A stretch of 64,000 bases of DNA from Takakia lepidozioides (lineage: Eukaryota > Plantae > Bryophyta), in the NCBI GenBank assembly GCA_030704615.1, contig CM060733.1:52390001-52454000 (forward strand), read 5' to 3'. The position numbers and the translations under genes are program-made. Every line of letters begins with the position of its first letter. Within the stretch, counting starts at the first letter, position 1. The notes under the pieces were generated by a model. It saw nothing but the letters and a program-made list of their open reading frames with translations. It did no database searches and had not been told where the DNA came from. This document shows, one piece after another, positions 63,734 to 64,000 of the stretch.

Positions 63734-64000
63734 TGTCGTGCGCATACATATCGCTACACAACTACATCGTTGTCCCAAACCACACAACACATGTGCACAA
63801 CACATACTAGTATACCACTAGTCCAGCCACTAGTCCAACCACTAGGCTGCCACTATGCTGCCCACTATGGCAGTCACTAGTCCACCACAATGATAAAGAA
63901 GAAGAATACAAGCACAAGCTCATGCGAGCTCATAAACCTGAAACATATATACTCTCATCACTCAAATACAAGTCAAGCCAAATGCACCCCACGCCATGGG
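63734..64000 (-). mobile_element. Right terminus (A-t-B) of a second copy of the split-repeat Gypsy family, opposite orientation
   Basis: Reverse complement reads ...CTTCTTTATCA-T-TGTGGTGGACTAG...GCGCACGACA, matching 56890-57211. Confidence 0.9.

Overview
Eukaryotic, transposon-dense genomic DNA (spliceosomal introns; most likely a bryophyte or other early-diverging land plant, by inference). There is one clear host gene, a four-exon polyphenol oxidase (- strand, 39313-42364), among nested mobile elements. From left to right: the 3' end of a chromovirus Ty3/Gypsy element; a broken Sola-like DNA transposon with a divergent ParB/Srx-like gene; a complete 11.3-kb Mutator-like element (13804-25087, 9-bp TSD); LINE remnants; several MITEs; an 11.9-kb Ty3/Gypsy element; a non-autonomous Mutator-like element; and hAT remnants. 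Two things stand out. (1) Two unrelated DNA transposons each carry a ParB/Sulfiredoxin-fold gene with a C-terminal amino-(N4C/N6A)-methyltransferase-like region, set head-to-head with the transposase. Each also has its own family of dispersed 20-24-bp palindromes, mostly in introns and non-coding DNA, reminiscent of ParB/parS. A gene-less Mutator-like element at 57.5-59.1 kb keeps the same palindrome core as the Mutator element. (2) The Gypsy element at 45285-57211 encodes a DNMT3-like C5 methyltransferase and a PHD finger. It has DIRS/Ngaro-style split direct repeats (A...B-A-B) although it encodes a DDE integrase and no visible tyrosine recombinase. All domain calls are by motif recognition, not database search. 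Frequent frameshifts may be decay or sequencing error.
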